Source: Phyllosticta citribraziliensis (lineage: Eukaryota). Taken from it: DNA of 64,000 bases. The notes under the pieces are model-generated. The model was not told the DNA's origin, did not search any database, and worked only from the letters and a program-made list of their open reading frames with translations. Shown piece after piece: positions 37,460 to 49,106 of the stretch; position 1 is the first letter of the stretch; each line of letters starts with the position of its first letter. Where the stretch lies: contig NW_027117339.1 of NCBI RefSeq assembly GCF_038025025.1, positions 2,108,001 to 2,172,000 on the forward strand, given 5' to 3'. Position numbers and translations under genes: made by a program.

Positions 37460-37782
37460 GCGTCTGTGTCTGCTTTTGGTTTGAAGAGCGTGGATTGGGG
37501 AGTTGGGTTTTGCTGAAGCAGTCACGGTGAGCAGATTTCTTTCCTGGGTGTCTTTCTCTTCTCGATTCTCTCTGATGATACTCTGGAACTAGGCTCATCT
37601 CACGACCCCAGAAGCTTTGCTGCGTTTGTGTCTGCTTTTGGTTTGAAGAGCGAGGATTGGGGAGTGGGTTTTGCTTGAGCAGTCACGATGAGCAAATTTC
37701 TTTCCTGAGCGTCTTTCTCTCCTCGATTCTCTCTGATGATACTCTGGAACTAGGCTCATCTCACGACCCCAGAAGCTTCGCT
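37460..37782. repeat. Diverged tandem duplication, two copies of about 162/161 bp
   Basis: tgcttttggtttgaagagcg at 37471 and 37633; ccccagaagc ends offset by 161; roughly ten substitutions and one indel. Confidence 0.95.
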
Positions 37783-37855
37783 ACCGCACTGAGCTCTCCT
37801 GCCCTTTGCAACTTTCTCGGTGGGTGCTCTTGCGGCGACTGTCAGGGCAAGTTCC

Positions 37856-38356
37856 CTACAGCTCCTTGCCCGTTTGGTCCGACTTTCCGAGGCACTCCTC
37901 CGTTCGCAACAGCTGTACCAGAAGCTCCTCGTTAACCCCCAAGACGGCCTCAGTGAACGTCTTCAATCTCTCCTCAAACACTTGCATCAACTCTTCCTCC
38001 TCCCTGAGCGCAGCCTCCAACTCCTTCATCTTCTCTTGAAACTCTCCCATCAACTCCTCCTCCTTCCTGGTCCTGGCCTCGTACCATTCCTGCCCTCCGT
38101 ACACACGGCGTCCGGCCGCGCGCGTCATCTCAAGGCAGGACTCCATGGCCTGCTCGGCCGGGGCGTACCCAGTCGGCAACCGGTAGAATCGACCGCCCTC
38201 ATCCTCGCCGATGAATTCGTCGACGCTCCAAGCACAAACGACGCTGCTGCCGTTGGTTTTGAGGGCGCTCTGAGCGCCGCCGTCCGCCTTGACGGGCTGC
38301 AGCTGCCCCTGCAGTAGCAACGTGAGAGCAACGAGCGGAACGGCGTGGAACAGCAT
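37856..38356 (-). CDS. Putative small secreted protein with an acidic coiled coil (166 aa)
   Basis: MLFHAVPLVALTLLLQGQLQPVKA resembles a signal peptide; E/K/L-rich helical segment; no recognisable family. Confidence 0.45.
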   Translation of the reverse strand: MLFHAVPLVALTLLLQGQLQPVKADGGAQSALKTNGSSVVCAWSVDEFIGEDEGGRFYRLPTGYAPAEQAMESCLEMTRAAGRRVYGGQEWYEARTRKEEELMGEFQEKMKELEAALREEEELMQVFEERLKTFTEAVLGVNEELLVQLLRTEECLGKSDQTGKEL

Positions 38357-39053
38357 GGTCGGAGTCGGCGTTGGACTGGCTGAGCGACTGAGGGGCCGGC
38401 GAAGAGAAGAGGTGTCGCCGTTGAGGAGCGGTAGAAGGACACTGAGGAAGTGAGAGGGGTGAGTCAGTGTGGGGACGCGGGCAGTAGTTAATTGGATGAA
38501 CAGAGGGACCAACCGGTTGCTTGTAGGTGCTCGTTTGCTATCTCCGAGGGTCAGGAGCGAGGATGAAGTGATTCTTGCCGTTCTTTGCTTGGGAAGAGAA
38601 GTGGTTCCTGCAATTCCTTTCTGCAGAAGAGAAGCCGCGTGTATATGTATATGTGCCTGCCGGCCGCCTGGACCGTGATGAGAACACTAGAGCATACTGC
38701 AGAAGAGCCAAGAAAAACAGCAAACAGACGGACAGCGGGAAATGTTTCAACAGGGTATGCAAATGAAAGAGAAGGTGTGTTGTTTAGGACGGACGCTACA
38801 TGCATGGCGGGCAGTTGCGCGTTTGCTTGCTTGCTCGTTTCGGATCCTGCGGGGGGAAAGCAGGGAAGCATGCGGGATGGACTTTGGTAAACGCAGGACG
38901 GGTATGGAGAGGGGAGAATAGGCGGTGGGTTGGATGACAGGGGCAGCAAACGGGAGACTTGCATTTGGGCAGGCAGGCTTCTGCTCGTTTTGCGGGTTGG
39001 TTTGTTGAGTGGATGCGCGCATGCATGCAACTTGTGCACAATTTATTCACTGT

Positions 39054-39329
39054 TCATACATCATCTTTTGTAAAGAAAAATGTGCGACTCATTTGATAGT
39101 GCATAGGTGCTCTGAACCACTCTGCTTGAATATGGTGACCACTGTGGTCATCGGTGGCGGTATCTCTGATCGAATGGATGAACTGGATGTTGTCCACCGA
39201 AGCAATCTCGACGAATCCTTCCAGATGGATGTCGACTGGCATTGTCCTTTTGTGCTCGGTGGAAGTTATCGTCGGCGCCGCTGTCGCTGCAAAAGCGAAT
39301 AGAAGGAACAAGAGGACAGCGGTGACCAT
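39054..39329 (-). CDS. Putative small secreted protein (91 aa) with a Kex2-like KR site
   Basis: MVTAVLLFLLFAFAATA-AP classic signal peptide, then TITSTEHKR. Confidence 0.45.
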   Translation of the reverse strand: MVTAVLLFLLFAFAATAAPTITSTEHKRTMPVDIHLEGFVEIASVDNIQFIHSIRDTATDDHSGHHIQAEWFRAPMHYQMSRTFFFTKDDV

Positions 39330-39839
39330 CTTTATTTTGTCTTGTTTGTTCAATTGTTGGGGGGAAAAGGCTCCGTGTTGGTGAATCGACGAGGGTAAGG
39401 GAATTAATTCAAGGCATAGTGGTGGAAGATTGCTTTTAGAGGCTTGAGGTGTTGGAAGATGCTGTGTCGCTGCCTCCAGGCCAGAGGAACGTGGTCTATA
39501 TTGCTGGAGTCACTGTAGTCACGACGTCTGCCGAAATAGGGGAGGGAATGCAGAGAACGCGCAAGAAAAAGAAGAAAAGACAGAAGAGAGAGAGAGACAT
39601 GGCGATTGAACCAAACCGGAAAATCTGGAAACGGACGCTGCGAGACAGTCCGCGAGTGTCTACCTAACGTTGGGCAGATGAATGCTTCCTCTTTCCGCCT
39701 GCATTGCGCAATTCGGACCCGGAGCAAGTAACACTGGTTGAGATCAACATCAGTTCGTGTCTACCTGTTTCTCCTGTCCCCGCCCTTTTCCCCAAGTGTA
39801 GACAAAGTCACCACCGCCTGCCATTTCCCTCGGCCTAGC

Positions 39840-40310
39840 CTACTTTGCGCCAGCAAGCTCTCCATCTCCTGGCTTCGCACACTCCCTCATCATGCGCATT
39901 TCCTCTGGCGTAGTGCACTGTGGCTGCTTCTTCATCTCTTCCTCGCCCGGCCACCATTGCGATTTCCCCAGCGCCTGAACTCTCCTCCGGCGGTCCTGGT
40001 CGGCCATGTCTTCCAGCACCTCCGCCAAGGCGTACTCCAGCTGGAACCGACAACACTCCCACATCGAGTTGGGGTAAGTGTACCAGCTGAACGGATGAAC
40101 AAGACTCTTCTTCCTGCCCTCCCTGTCGTAACGGACGCCGAGGAAATCTCTGACTTGATAGGGGCACTCGCAGCCGGTGACGGTGCAGAGGGCCACTCTG
40201 GTGGCAGCTATGGCGGTGTTGAAGCGGCGGGTTGCTAATGGTAGGATGATTGTTGCTGCGCAGAACGCGGCTATAGAGAGAGCAACGTTGACTTTCGTTT
40301 CGAGCCTCAT
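39840..40310 (-). CDS. Putative secreted or membrane-anchored Cys-containing protein (156 aa)
   Basis: N-terminal hydrophobic helix VALSIAAFCAATIILPLA, 8 Cys, TATAAA on the minus strand at about 40447-40442. Confidence 0.45.
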   Translation of the reverse strand: MRLETKVNVALSIAAFCAATIILPLATRRFNTAIAATRVALCTVTGCECPYQVRDFLGVRYDREGRKKSLVHPFSWYTYPNSMWECCRFQLEYALAEVLEDMADQDRRRRVQALGKSQWWPGEEEMKKQPQCTTPEEMRMMRECAKPGDGELAGAK

Positions 40311-41428
40311 GGTTGCTGAGTAGCAATTGAGAGAGTTGCTGAATGGGGAGAAAAGTGGAAACCTTTGCGCAGGCTGGCGATGTTAAGAGGGGACAACGCT
40401 TCCGCAGATTTCAGCGGACGACGGAGGGGTGAAGTGGCGGGCTTTATAGATAATTGAGCAGTTCAAAAGTGCTTGGATGGATCGAGAGGAAGCAGGAATG
40501 TAGTTGACAATCAAAGAAATAATACAGTACTAGAAGCTGAACGACGCAGACAGAATAGAAATGTCGGTTCCTGAAGTCGGGAATGGAAGAGTCCATGTTT
40601 GTCGATTTGTGGCGTTGGTGACTGTTTGCCCTCCATGCCAGGGAGAGAGCAGTGGATGCCAAAGAAGCTCTAAGCACCGAGTCAGAACAGAGTGTTGTGC
40701 TGTAGGATCTCGCCTGAAATCTCGGGCGTAGCTGTTTCTGAAATCTCGGGCTTGCTGTCATGGCTGGTGAGTGAGGTTCCTCGTCGGCGCTTCAAATGCC
40801 CACGATGGATGGTCCAGGGGGATATAAATACCTGACCATCCATCCTAGCAGCGGTGGGCCGCAGGGCACGTCGGGTCAGGTCAGCCCTGCAGATGTTGTA
40901 AGCCCGGCAGCAACCCAACATGGCGAGGCATTGAAGTACCACAAGGACGGCTTTTGTGTTGCCTCCCGTAGCCAGTCGGCAGCACACGTGGAGCGGCCAT
41001 GACTAAATTGGGCTGGGGGCCGAGGGCCATGCGGGCGATGGTTCGGAGTCCGACACACGAACTACAGCTGACAGCACAAGGGGAATGCAGGGCACCTAGG
41101 TAAGCACCGCCGCTAGGCTGCTTGCTACTTAAGACGTCGCCAGCCATGGACATCTTTGTCCAATCTTTATCTTGCTGCATTGCTCGCTGTCCTGATCATC
41201 TTTGTCCGACACTCGGCTGCGACGGCGACTGAAAGAGACCATATCGACAATTGCACCCATTCCTCTGGGACGAAGCTATTTGAGCGCTCCACCCTCCAAT
41301 CTTTCAGCTGCATAAACAGCATCGACCCACTGTGCGCCCACATTGCGGAATCGACACACCATAGCTCACAGATCCGTTTGAAGACGGACGTCGAATTGCA
41401 GCACACCTTCTCAATTGCTGAACCAACC

Positions 41429-42511
41429 ATGGGTACCATCGCCATGTCAGACTCAGATCTGCACCTCCCGCGGATACTGTGTCTACACGGTAAGTGGAAG
41501 CAACTTGTTTTCTCAAAAGGCGCCGACTCGAAGACCAAACACTCCGACTGCCCTTTTGCGGATCTGGGGTTGGAGTGGGGCATCAGGTCCCCACCGCACG
41601 TCCATCGACTGGTTCCTCCGACTCATTCATGACCCAATCTCTCCCGCGGCGCAATTCACAGCTTGAATGGTTCCAATTCCGGGAATGCTACTTACAAGAT
41701 ATGTACAGGTGGCGGCGTGACGGCCGAAATCTTTCGTCTCCAATCCCGCGCCCTCCTCAACCGCCTTCGCACATCGTTCCGGCTCGTCTTCGCTGATGGA
41801 CCCTTTCTCTGCTCGGCCGGACCTGGCATCGTGCCCGTATACGCCGATCTAGGCCCCTACCGCCGCTGGCTGCGCTGGCTACCGCACGAACACGCCGAGG
41901 TCGACGCTGGCACAGCTGTGGAGGAGGTGCGGTATCAGATTGAGGCGGCCATGGCCGAGGACGACCGCCTGGGTGCGGACGGCGCGTGGGTTGGCGTCAT
42001 GGGCTTCAGCCAGGGCGCCAAGGTCGCGGCCAGCATGCTTTTCGAGTCGCAGCGGCGACGAGCAATAAAGGAGCGCGGCGGCGGAGCTGAGGACGTCCAG
42101 GGCTTCGAAGGCGACGGCGTCAAGACCCTCCTGTGGGAGCAGGACTGGCGTTTTGGTGTCTTGATGGCCGGACGCGCCCCGCTGGTCTCGCTGGCCCCAG
42201 GCGCCGAGTGCGAGTGGTTCCAGAATGCCGGCGAGTGCGATGACGGCACCAAGGGACTGGTCGACGTCCCCAGGGAGTGGAAGCTCACGGTACCTACACT
42301 ACATGTGCATGGGTTGAAGGACAATGGCCTGCATTTACACAGGCGGCTGAGTGAACACTATTGCCCCAAGGACCGCAGGATCGTTGTCGAGTGGGACGGC
42401 GACCACCGTGTCCCAATCAAGAGCAAGGACGTGGAATTGGTCTGCGAGAAATTGGTAGAGGTGGCGAGGATGGGAGGCGTGGAGCCAGGCTATGGCATTA
42501 CAAACAAGTAA
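41429..42511 (+). CDS. FSH1/DUF341 serine hydrolase (LovG/CtnB-like); intron 41490-41708
   Basis: RILCLHG|GG, nucleophile GFSQG, PTLHVHGLKD and WDGDHRVP give a Ser-Asp-His triad; gtaagt..cttac..cag intron restores the frame. Confidence 0.9.
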
Positions 42512-43498
42512 AGAGGTACGAAAGCACATCGATATCAGCATGTTTAGAGTAGGCTGGCTTTTAGAAGATATCCATTAGACTTGGTTCGGTATGCACGGGA
42601 TTGTCTTTAGAACTGGTTTCGCAGCATGCCTTGAATTCTCCTCGGACTGTGTTTGATTGAATGCTTGTGAAGGCTTCAACACGAATTGGCTTGCATGCTT
42701 AATGTTTATTGCCGATTGAGGCGTGTGAATGCTCCGCATGTGCTCTCATCACCAAATCTTGTGGTCAGTCAGCTTCATCTTTCAATGATGAATCGACAGG
42801 CCGATCAACTGCTTCCGCCGCTCCGGTTGCCTCCCCCAAATTGGTCTTGTGTGCAGTCAAGCAAGAGACTCGTAGGATTATTGACTTCGTCGTTGGTGTA
42901 TACTGTTGCAAGACTTTGTCCGTCCCAAAATTCAAGAAAAATTAAAAATTGCCATTGAAAATAAATCGAGTCCATCAACAAACACATGGTCCGTCCCTAC
43001 TGCTAGCTGACGCTGCTAGCTAACGCCCGCCTGGACCTCGGCCAATGTCAAATTCATCGATTGGCTCGCGTGCTTGAGATCCGTCTCGCTTGAATCCCTT
43101 GCGTCGTGCAACGTCCACGCCAGCATTCTGTCCACGCGTCGCAGAAGCACTTCTACCGTGAGGAACAAGTCCAAGTATCGGCACTCGCATGTGGTTCTGC
43201 TTCGAAAGCCTTGCGGAACATGCGTCGCCTCCCTCCGACACAACAAGTGCCATGATCAGTGCAGACCTCGTAAATGCCCACACTGCGATCTCGCCCGCGC
43301 AATTCGGCAAGAGACTAAACAAATACACTCCCGGTACGTTCACTCGCTCGGTCCGTCACGTTTCCACCGGCTTCCAACCCGGTTTCGGGCCGCCGAGCCC
43401 CCTCTCCACCAAATCGCTCCCAGGCCACCCCATGGCCAAAACAACATCCCTCAACACCACCACAACGCTTTGATATAGTCATAACCGGCAAAAAAGTT

Positions 43499-43612
43499 TG
43501 CGTCGGCCGGGAATCGAACCCGGGGCTGATCGAGGCTGGGAAAGAATGGTGTTGAGATGCTCAAGCTGACTTTCCATGGCAACGATCAATTTTACCACTA
43601 AACCACCAACGC
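43499..43612 (-). tRNA. tRNA-Gly (GCC) with a 43-nt intron (43576-43534)
   Basis: Acceptor stem GCGTTGG/CCGACGC, D arm GTTT-AGTGGTA-AAAT, anticodon stem GATCG/CGATC with loop TT-GCC-A^T, T arm CCGGG-TTCGATT-CCCGG, and a T6 Pol III terminator just downstream (43495-43490). Confidence 0.95.
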
Positions 43613-44045
43613 TAAATGTTGCAATTGATGAAAGGAACCCGGGAAACAGTAAATATAATGCTCAAGCCTGACGTCTCACGTCCATCCAAGTCTTAAACCC
43701 CATATTGCGACGAAAGTCTGGAAGTGAAAGAGAAAAGTCGTATGATGGCCATAGCGTGGACTTCGACCAATGGAAACTCAGAGCCTCGACGAGTTCCTTG
43801 GCTGTTGGGAAGGAAATGATCGAGCAGTTCAGGCTTGATGCAAACAATAGCAAATGGCGATATTTGCCCGTCTGGCTGTGACTTGATTGGTCCGGATCCT
43901 AACCGACCTTTGGGTTATCCAGGACGGAGCTATCCACATTGGGAAGCGTTAAGAAGATTGGCCCTCACACCCGTTGGCAAAGGAGATGTCGGTGTGCATA
44001 GTGCCACCGCCTTGCTGATGTCTTCATCGCGAGTTGGCTGGAAGC

Positions 44046-44996
44046 TCACCAAAATTTTCCCTTTTTGCTCTTTTTCCATATCGACTCATGTCGAGAGGTT
44101 CCAAATCTTGTATCTGCAACGCGATGGAGCCATCTAGGACGAATTTCTAGTCCATCTAGGGCGTTGTTGCGGAACTGAGCCTTCGAAAGTGTGTCCGGCG
44201 AAGCGGCGGTATGCGTGGATAGCTTGCTGGCAGAATACGAGACCTTGAACCCGGGTTGGCTCCTGAATTCCAGCGAAAATACCCTGTCGAAATGCTCAGT
44301 CTGATCCTCTTTCATGCAGACGTCAAACATCTGGTGACAGAGCGTTGCGTCACATCTGTACTTGGTTCCTAGAGGATTTCTTTTTGCCTTGCCCTTGCCC
44401 TTGCGTATGGTTGTCAATATCAACCTGATCCGGTATCCCCTGATGAAAGTATTGCTGCTAACATTGCATTCACTGCAAGCGATTCTCACGCGGGAAAATG
44501 GCATCGTGCGCAACTCGTAGTAGTCCAGTGCCATGTGGTCGCATACTCGGAAGACCCGCTGGTACGTGTCTTTTTGACAGGTACGATTCCAGTCGTCCTT
44601 CTGCAGTTGGTCTTTGGGAAAATCTTGCTTTCGATGGAAAAACTTGCAGCTCGCGCAAAATCGCAGACGGGATCCAGGAGACATGTCGGCGAGCAGCGCG
44701 CAAACATCGTCCCACCACAGGCGTTTGGCCATCTGTCCAACCTCGAAAATGTCAGGAGGCTTATTCGGCAACTTCGGCGGGGCGCTGCGCAGTGTCCTGG
44801 ATGTTGCGCGGAGCGCCATGTCGTCTTCAACGTCAAGAAACCTGCCGATTTCGACGAGAAGTTCGATTGGCAGTTGCTCTAGCCTGCTACGAGGCAGAAT
44901 CGGTGTTTGCGTCGATTGTCGCGAATGTTCCTTTTTCGGATGAGACACATGGTGGAACTTTCGGCGGAGACTTTGGAAGTGATTCTTGATACCCAT
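44046..44996 (-). CDS. F-box protein; 3' end uncertain, possible extra exon to 43662
   Basis: LEQLPIELLVEIGRFLDVEDDMALRATSRTLR F-box motif followed by a Cys/His-rich region (CASCKFFH, RTC, VCDH, CSEC). Confidence 0.75.
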   Translation of the reverse strand: MGIKNHFQSLRRKFHHVSHPKKEHSRQSTQTPILPRSRLEQLPIELLVEIGRFLDVEDDMALRATSRTLRSAPPKLPNKPPDIFEVGQMAKRLWWDDVCALLADMSPGSRLRFCASCKFFHRKQDFPKDQLQKDDWNRTCQKDTYQRVFRVCDHMALDYYELRTMPFSRVRIACSECNVSSNTFIRGYRIRLILTTIRKGKGKAKRNPLGTKYRCDATLCHQMFDVCMKEDQTEHFDRVFSLEFRSQPGFKVSYSASKLSTHTAASPDTLSKAQFRNNALDGLEIRPRWLHRVADTRFGTSRHESIWKKSKKGKFW

Positions 44997-45646
44997 CTGC
45001 GCAGCCTGTAAGTCTCTGAACTGGATTTCGGCACTGAATTGGGGAAGGACAGCTAGTGTGGCTTCGACAGCAAGAGCCTCTCAGAGTATATGTACTTCTT
45101 CACATGTAAATTGTCAGTTGTTCTGGTTGAGATGGAAGCGACTTTGGGTTCACGGGCGCTCCTTTTAAAGATTGATGCTTGGCATGGTTGCGTTAAGGAT
45201 CACAACCAAAACTCGTCATGCTACCAAAACACCTCAACCAAACCTTCGCACGTGGGCACGACCGCACGACCTTTTCCACAGGCAACCCGGAGCCTCCCTT
45301 TGTCATGGTAGTGTAAGTCACCGTCAGGGCCGGGTGAATGGAAATTCCATGTATTCTTCAAGTCTCGTCTGAATCTAAGTTTCCACCGGTCACGGTGTCT
45401 TTACCAGCGAATCTATTGCCTTCATCCAACACGTGTCCGAACCATTTGACCCCTCGCTTACCAAAGAGTTGTTTTACCGAAAAAGTCGAGTTGTGCCAAA
45501 AGTCTACCGCTGCCAATATGGAAACAACGAATGGGGAGTGCTAGAAGTCGGCCTCGGTACAACATTGCGGGAGTTGTTTGTCTGGTCATGGAGAGTAATT
45601 CAGTGTCTTTTGAGAGTGCCGCAGCTTTTCTGATGAAGCCGCGGAA

Positions 45647-48600
45647 TCACTCGTCATCGTCGCCAACCTCGTCGAGGCCCAACCAGTTCGCTCTGCAACG
45701 CACCGCCTCCAGTCTGACCGCTCTTTTGCAGTCGTCGAGCGCGGCAGTCAACTTCTTGACAACCTGCCTCCGGAAGGGCAACACGATTTCGCCTCGCAGC
45801 TTCTCCGGGACTAGGCCCAGGCACTTGAGCGAGACTGCCCTGACGGCCGCAGGATTGGCTGGCGTTTTGCCTTTGAGATTTCCGTCTGCACTCTTGATCG
45901 AAGCGGTCGCCGTGTTGAGTAGACGCGAAATCAGGCTCGATGCATGCTCTTCCAACCCGCGGGGGTTGTGGGTGAGCACAGCTGTCAGCGTGTCGATGGT
46001 CGCATGCTTGACGTCTTCGACAGCGTCCGGAAGGTCCAGAGATTGAAGCAGGAGGGGATTGAGACTCGCCAGTTCTGATTCGACAATCTCATAAGGAACC
46101 CAACGCACTATGCCCGAAAGTGCAATGAGGTAATTCGTCTTTGTCGAAGGGTCGGCAAATTTGAAGGATGTGGCGATGGCTGGAACCAGAAGATTAAAGA
46201 TCTTTTGCTTGTGCAGTCCAGAAATGGTGCAGTGGTTTGCCTTGGAGAGAATCTCGTCGGGAGCGAGGAGAGAGGTAAAGCCGCGTGCGACGGTCAGTCC
46301 ATGCTTTAAGTCGACAAGCAGTGCCAGCAGCGAGGGCATGACTGTGCTAAGCATGGGTGCGTTGCGCAGTGCAAGCCCTTTGATAATAGAGAAGAGGATT
46401 CGGATGTTGCCATTGGAAAGCTTTTCGGGGGAGATGAGGTTGGTCGGGTCAAATAGAATCTCGCCAATGGTGGCTTTGAGGTCCGGAGTCTTTATGAATT
46501 TGTTCACAACAAGAGAAATTTGTGAACCGATTGCGAGGCGTACCCGCAACGAAAGGTCGTCGAGCGCTGCCATCGACATTAGAGCTGAAAGAAGATCCTT
46601 CGGTTCCGCAGGTGGCGGCACGTCCTTGCGTATTGCCGCCAAGATGTGTGTCGAAACAATGAGTTTTCGCCGCTGCTCCGCGGATGCATCAATCTTGAAG
46701 GGTGGTACTTGTGCCAGAGTCTGTCCAGTTCGAAGAGTATAGACTTCAGGGACCACTTTGGACTTTTGGAACTCGGGCGTTTGCTCCCGCAAGATCTTGT
46801 TCGACAGACGGCCAATGATATCCAAAGCGATCTCGTCGTCGAATGGAGAAGGACCGGGGCCGTCAATCTGGGTCAGGAGGGTGACTATGATATCGTCAAA
46901 GTACGGGCAATGGTCATCAGTGCCCTGAAGCTTGGCGGCACCCTGAGAAAAGGCGTAAAGTAAGGCGGACAAGAGCGCGATGATGTACTGTTTTGACGAG
47001 CCCTGATGAACAGCACTGTTGATCTTGTTCTTGAGCCTGAGGACGACGGTAGAAAAGATGTGTTCTTCGCAGGCCAATTTGGCAAAAGCTTCAAGAACCG
47101 GCACGTACGCATCCGAGCCTTCCGTGTCCTTGTCTGGCAGCTCGGCCATGAATGCTGGGAATGCTTTGTCGATGACCAGCTGCGGCTGTTGGTGTGCGAT
47201 TTCCACAAGCCCTGTGATGGCTGCAGATTTGACATCGTCCTTCCCGTACGACTCCTCGGAAATGACAACGTCGTGGAAGAGAGTAATCACTTTCGTGATG
47301 TCGTTGTCATCCAAGACAAGTCTGGCTTTGGAGATTTGCAACAGGCCGTCAAGTGCTGCTAGACGGTAAGAGACCTCCTTGACAGAAGCGGTCACAAGAC
47401 CGTTGCTCATGACCTCTAGAGCTTGGTCTCGAAACTTTAGCAGCGCGTTGTCCGGCGTGCGTGCTCCTGCATGGACGACATTGCTGTCTACAAGTCGCCA
47501 CTGCCCGTAGACATCAATGTCGGCTTGAATCAACTGAACAAGCACCTCGATGAGGCCTCTTCTTTTGGCCATGTTGTCTGCTGTTTGATAAAGCGTGAAC
47601 AAGGTCGGCATCACTGCACTGAGCACGGCGTCTTCTACTTGTGGCGACACTCTGGCGATTGCATGGAGTATTTTGCCGGCGGAGGCCGACTGCTTGGTTG
47701 GAGCATCTTCCAGATGCTCGTTGCATTCCTTGGTAATGGGTTTTATGTAGGCGTTGAGCGATCCAGCAGTGTTTTGCGACAACTGTTTTGCAATCTCAGC
47801 AATGGCTTGCAAGGCCTCCTCAGCAAGGTCGTCTTCCTGGGAGCTAAGGACTTCAAATTTGAGAGCGTCCCACAGCGTCACCGCATACAGAGATACTGTT
47901 CGCGGCCCATAATCCCGGATGCAGGCAGTCAGAGTTTGGAGAACGTCTCTCTGGGATAAGTTAGTCACAGATTTGAGATGCGTGTACTATTGTATACCTT
48001 GGTATTGAGAGACGTCGAATCCAGCTTGTCGAGAAGCGCGGGGAAGGAGTACGGGGCAAATTCTGCTGTGGAGGAGATGCATTCTCGCAGACGGTCTTTG
48101 AGATGTTGGGCAGTGATGCCGTAGGGATCGTCTGGTGGCGGCCTAAACGTGATGGGAAAGTAGTTGAACACAGCGTCGAAGAGGTCCTTTGCGAGTCAAT
48201 ACCGAGCATGCATAAGGGCATGTTGATACTCACTTGAGCGTCGGCGCCTAAGGTCCACTCGGTCATGGGGACTTTGAGAATCGAAAAGACGACCATCAGG
48301 TTCCGGGGGTCTTTTTCGCCATCAAAGTATGAGATGAAGCGGGACAAGAATTCGGGAGACGCCTGGTGTAGGCTGTGTACGGCTAAGACAGTTTAGTTGA
48401 TATTGCGAGAGGATGGAAAATTGGGTGGTACCTTCTCTATACTTTGCCATGAGCAAGTCGATCAGCTTGATGACAGAGTAGCGCTCGCTTTGCGGCTTGA
48501 ATTGACGCAGAGGATGTGTGCTGTCCACCATGGTCTTGAGAACAGTCGCAACTCTCTCCTTCTCCCACGCGCCGCGTTCTTCAAGTGCCATGAGAGCCCT

Positions 48601-49106
48601 TGCACATGGACTCAAGACTTCCCTGTCATCCGCAACGCGGGAAAGAATGAAATCGCATAGCAGATTTCCTGGGACATGATCAACATCGAGGATCGCCACA
48701 AGGAAGGCACATGCAACTGAGCAGCATCCGAAATGGAGCACGACTTACGGTGTTGCCTCGTCAGGACCCTGGGAGATGTAGCCGAGAGGACGTCGGCTAG
48801 GTAGGCCATGGCTACAACGTCGAATTATTAATACACAATCAAATCACAGAACGGTTGGACACGCACCCTTTGCTCGCGTTGGGCCATCTTCGCTGTTCAG
48901 GTACTCGCCGAGCGACTCTATCAGCTCGAGAAGCTTGAGTTTTTTGGACTCGAGGCCTGCAAGCACATGGTCAACATTGGGCATTGACGTCAACAGAGTG
49001 GGCGGCCGGCGGGCGCTCACATACGGTCGGCAGACTGGGCGGCGATACGTAGAGCCTCGTCCTTGTTCTTGCCGTGCTCGAACAAGTAGAGCTGGATATC
49101 AGACAT
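45647..49106 (-). CDS. MMS19: Mms19/Met18 HEAT-repeat component of the cytosolic Fe-S (CIA) targeting complex; multi-exon
   Basis: [37 protein letters not shown] and the C-terminal [19 protein letters not shown]; several short GT-AG introns between 49024 and about 47950; start MSDIQLYL at 49106. Confidence 0.92.

Noticed and set aside
37781..39842. Four of the five small ORFs end in TAG, suggesting A-to-I stop-loss editing
   Set aside because: Read-through extensions are mostly short or featureless and do not fuse neighbouring ORFs in frame; such editing is documented only in some classes and the lineage here is unknown.
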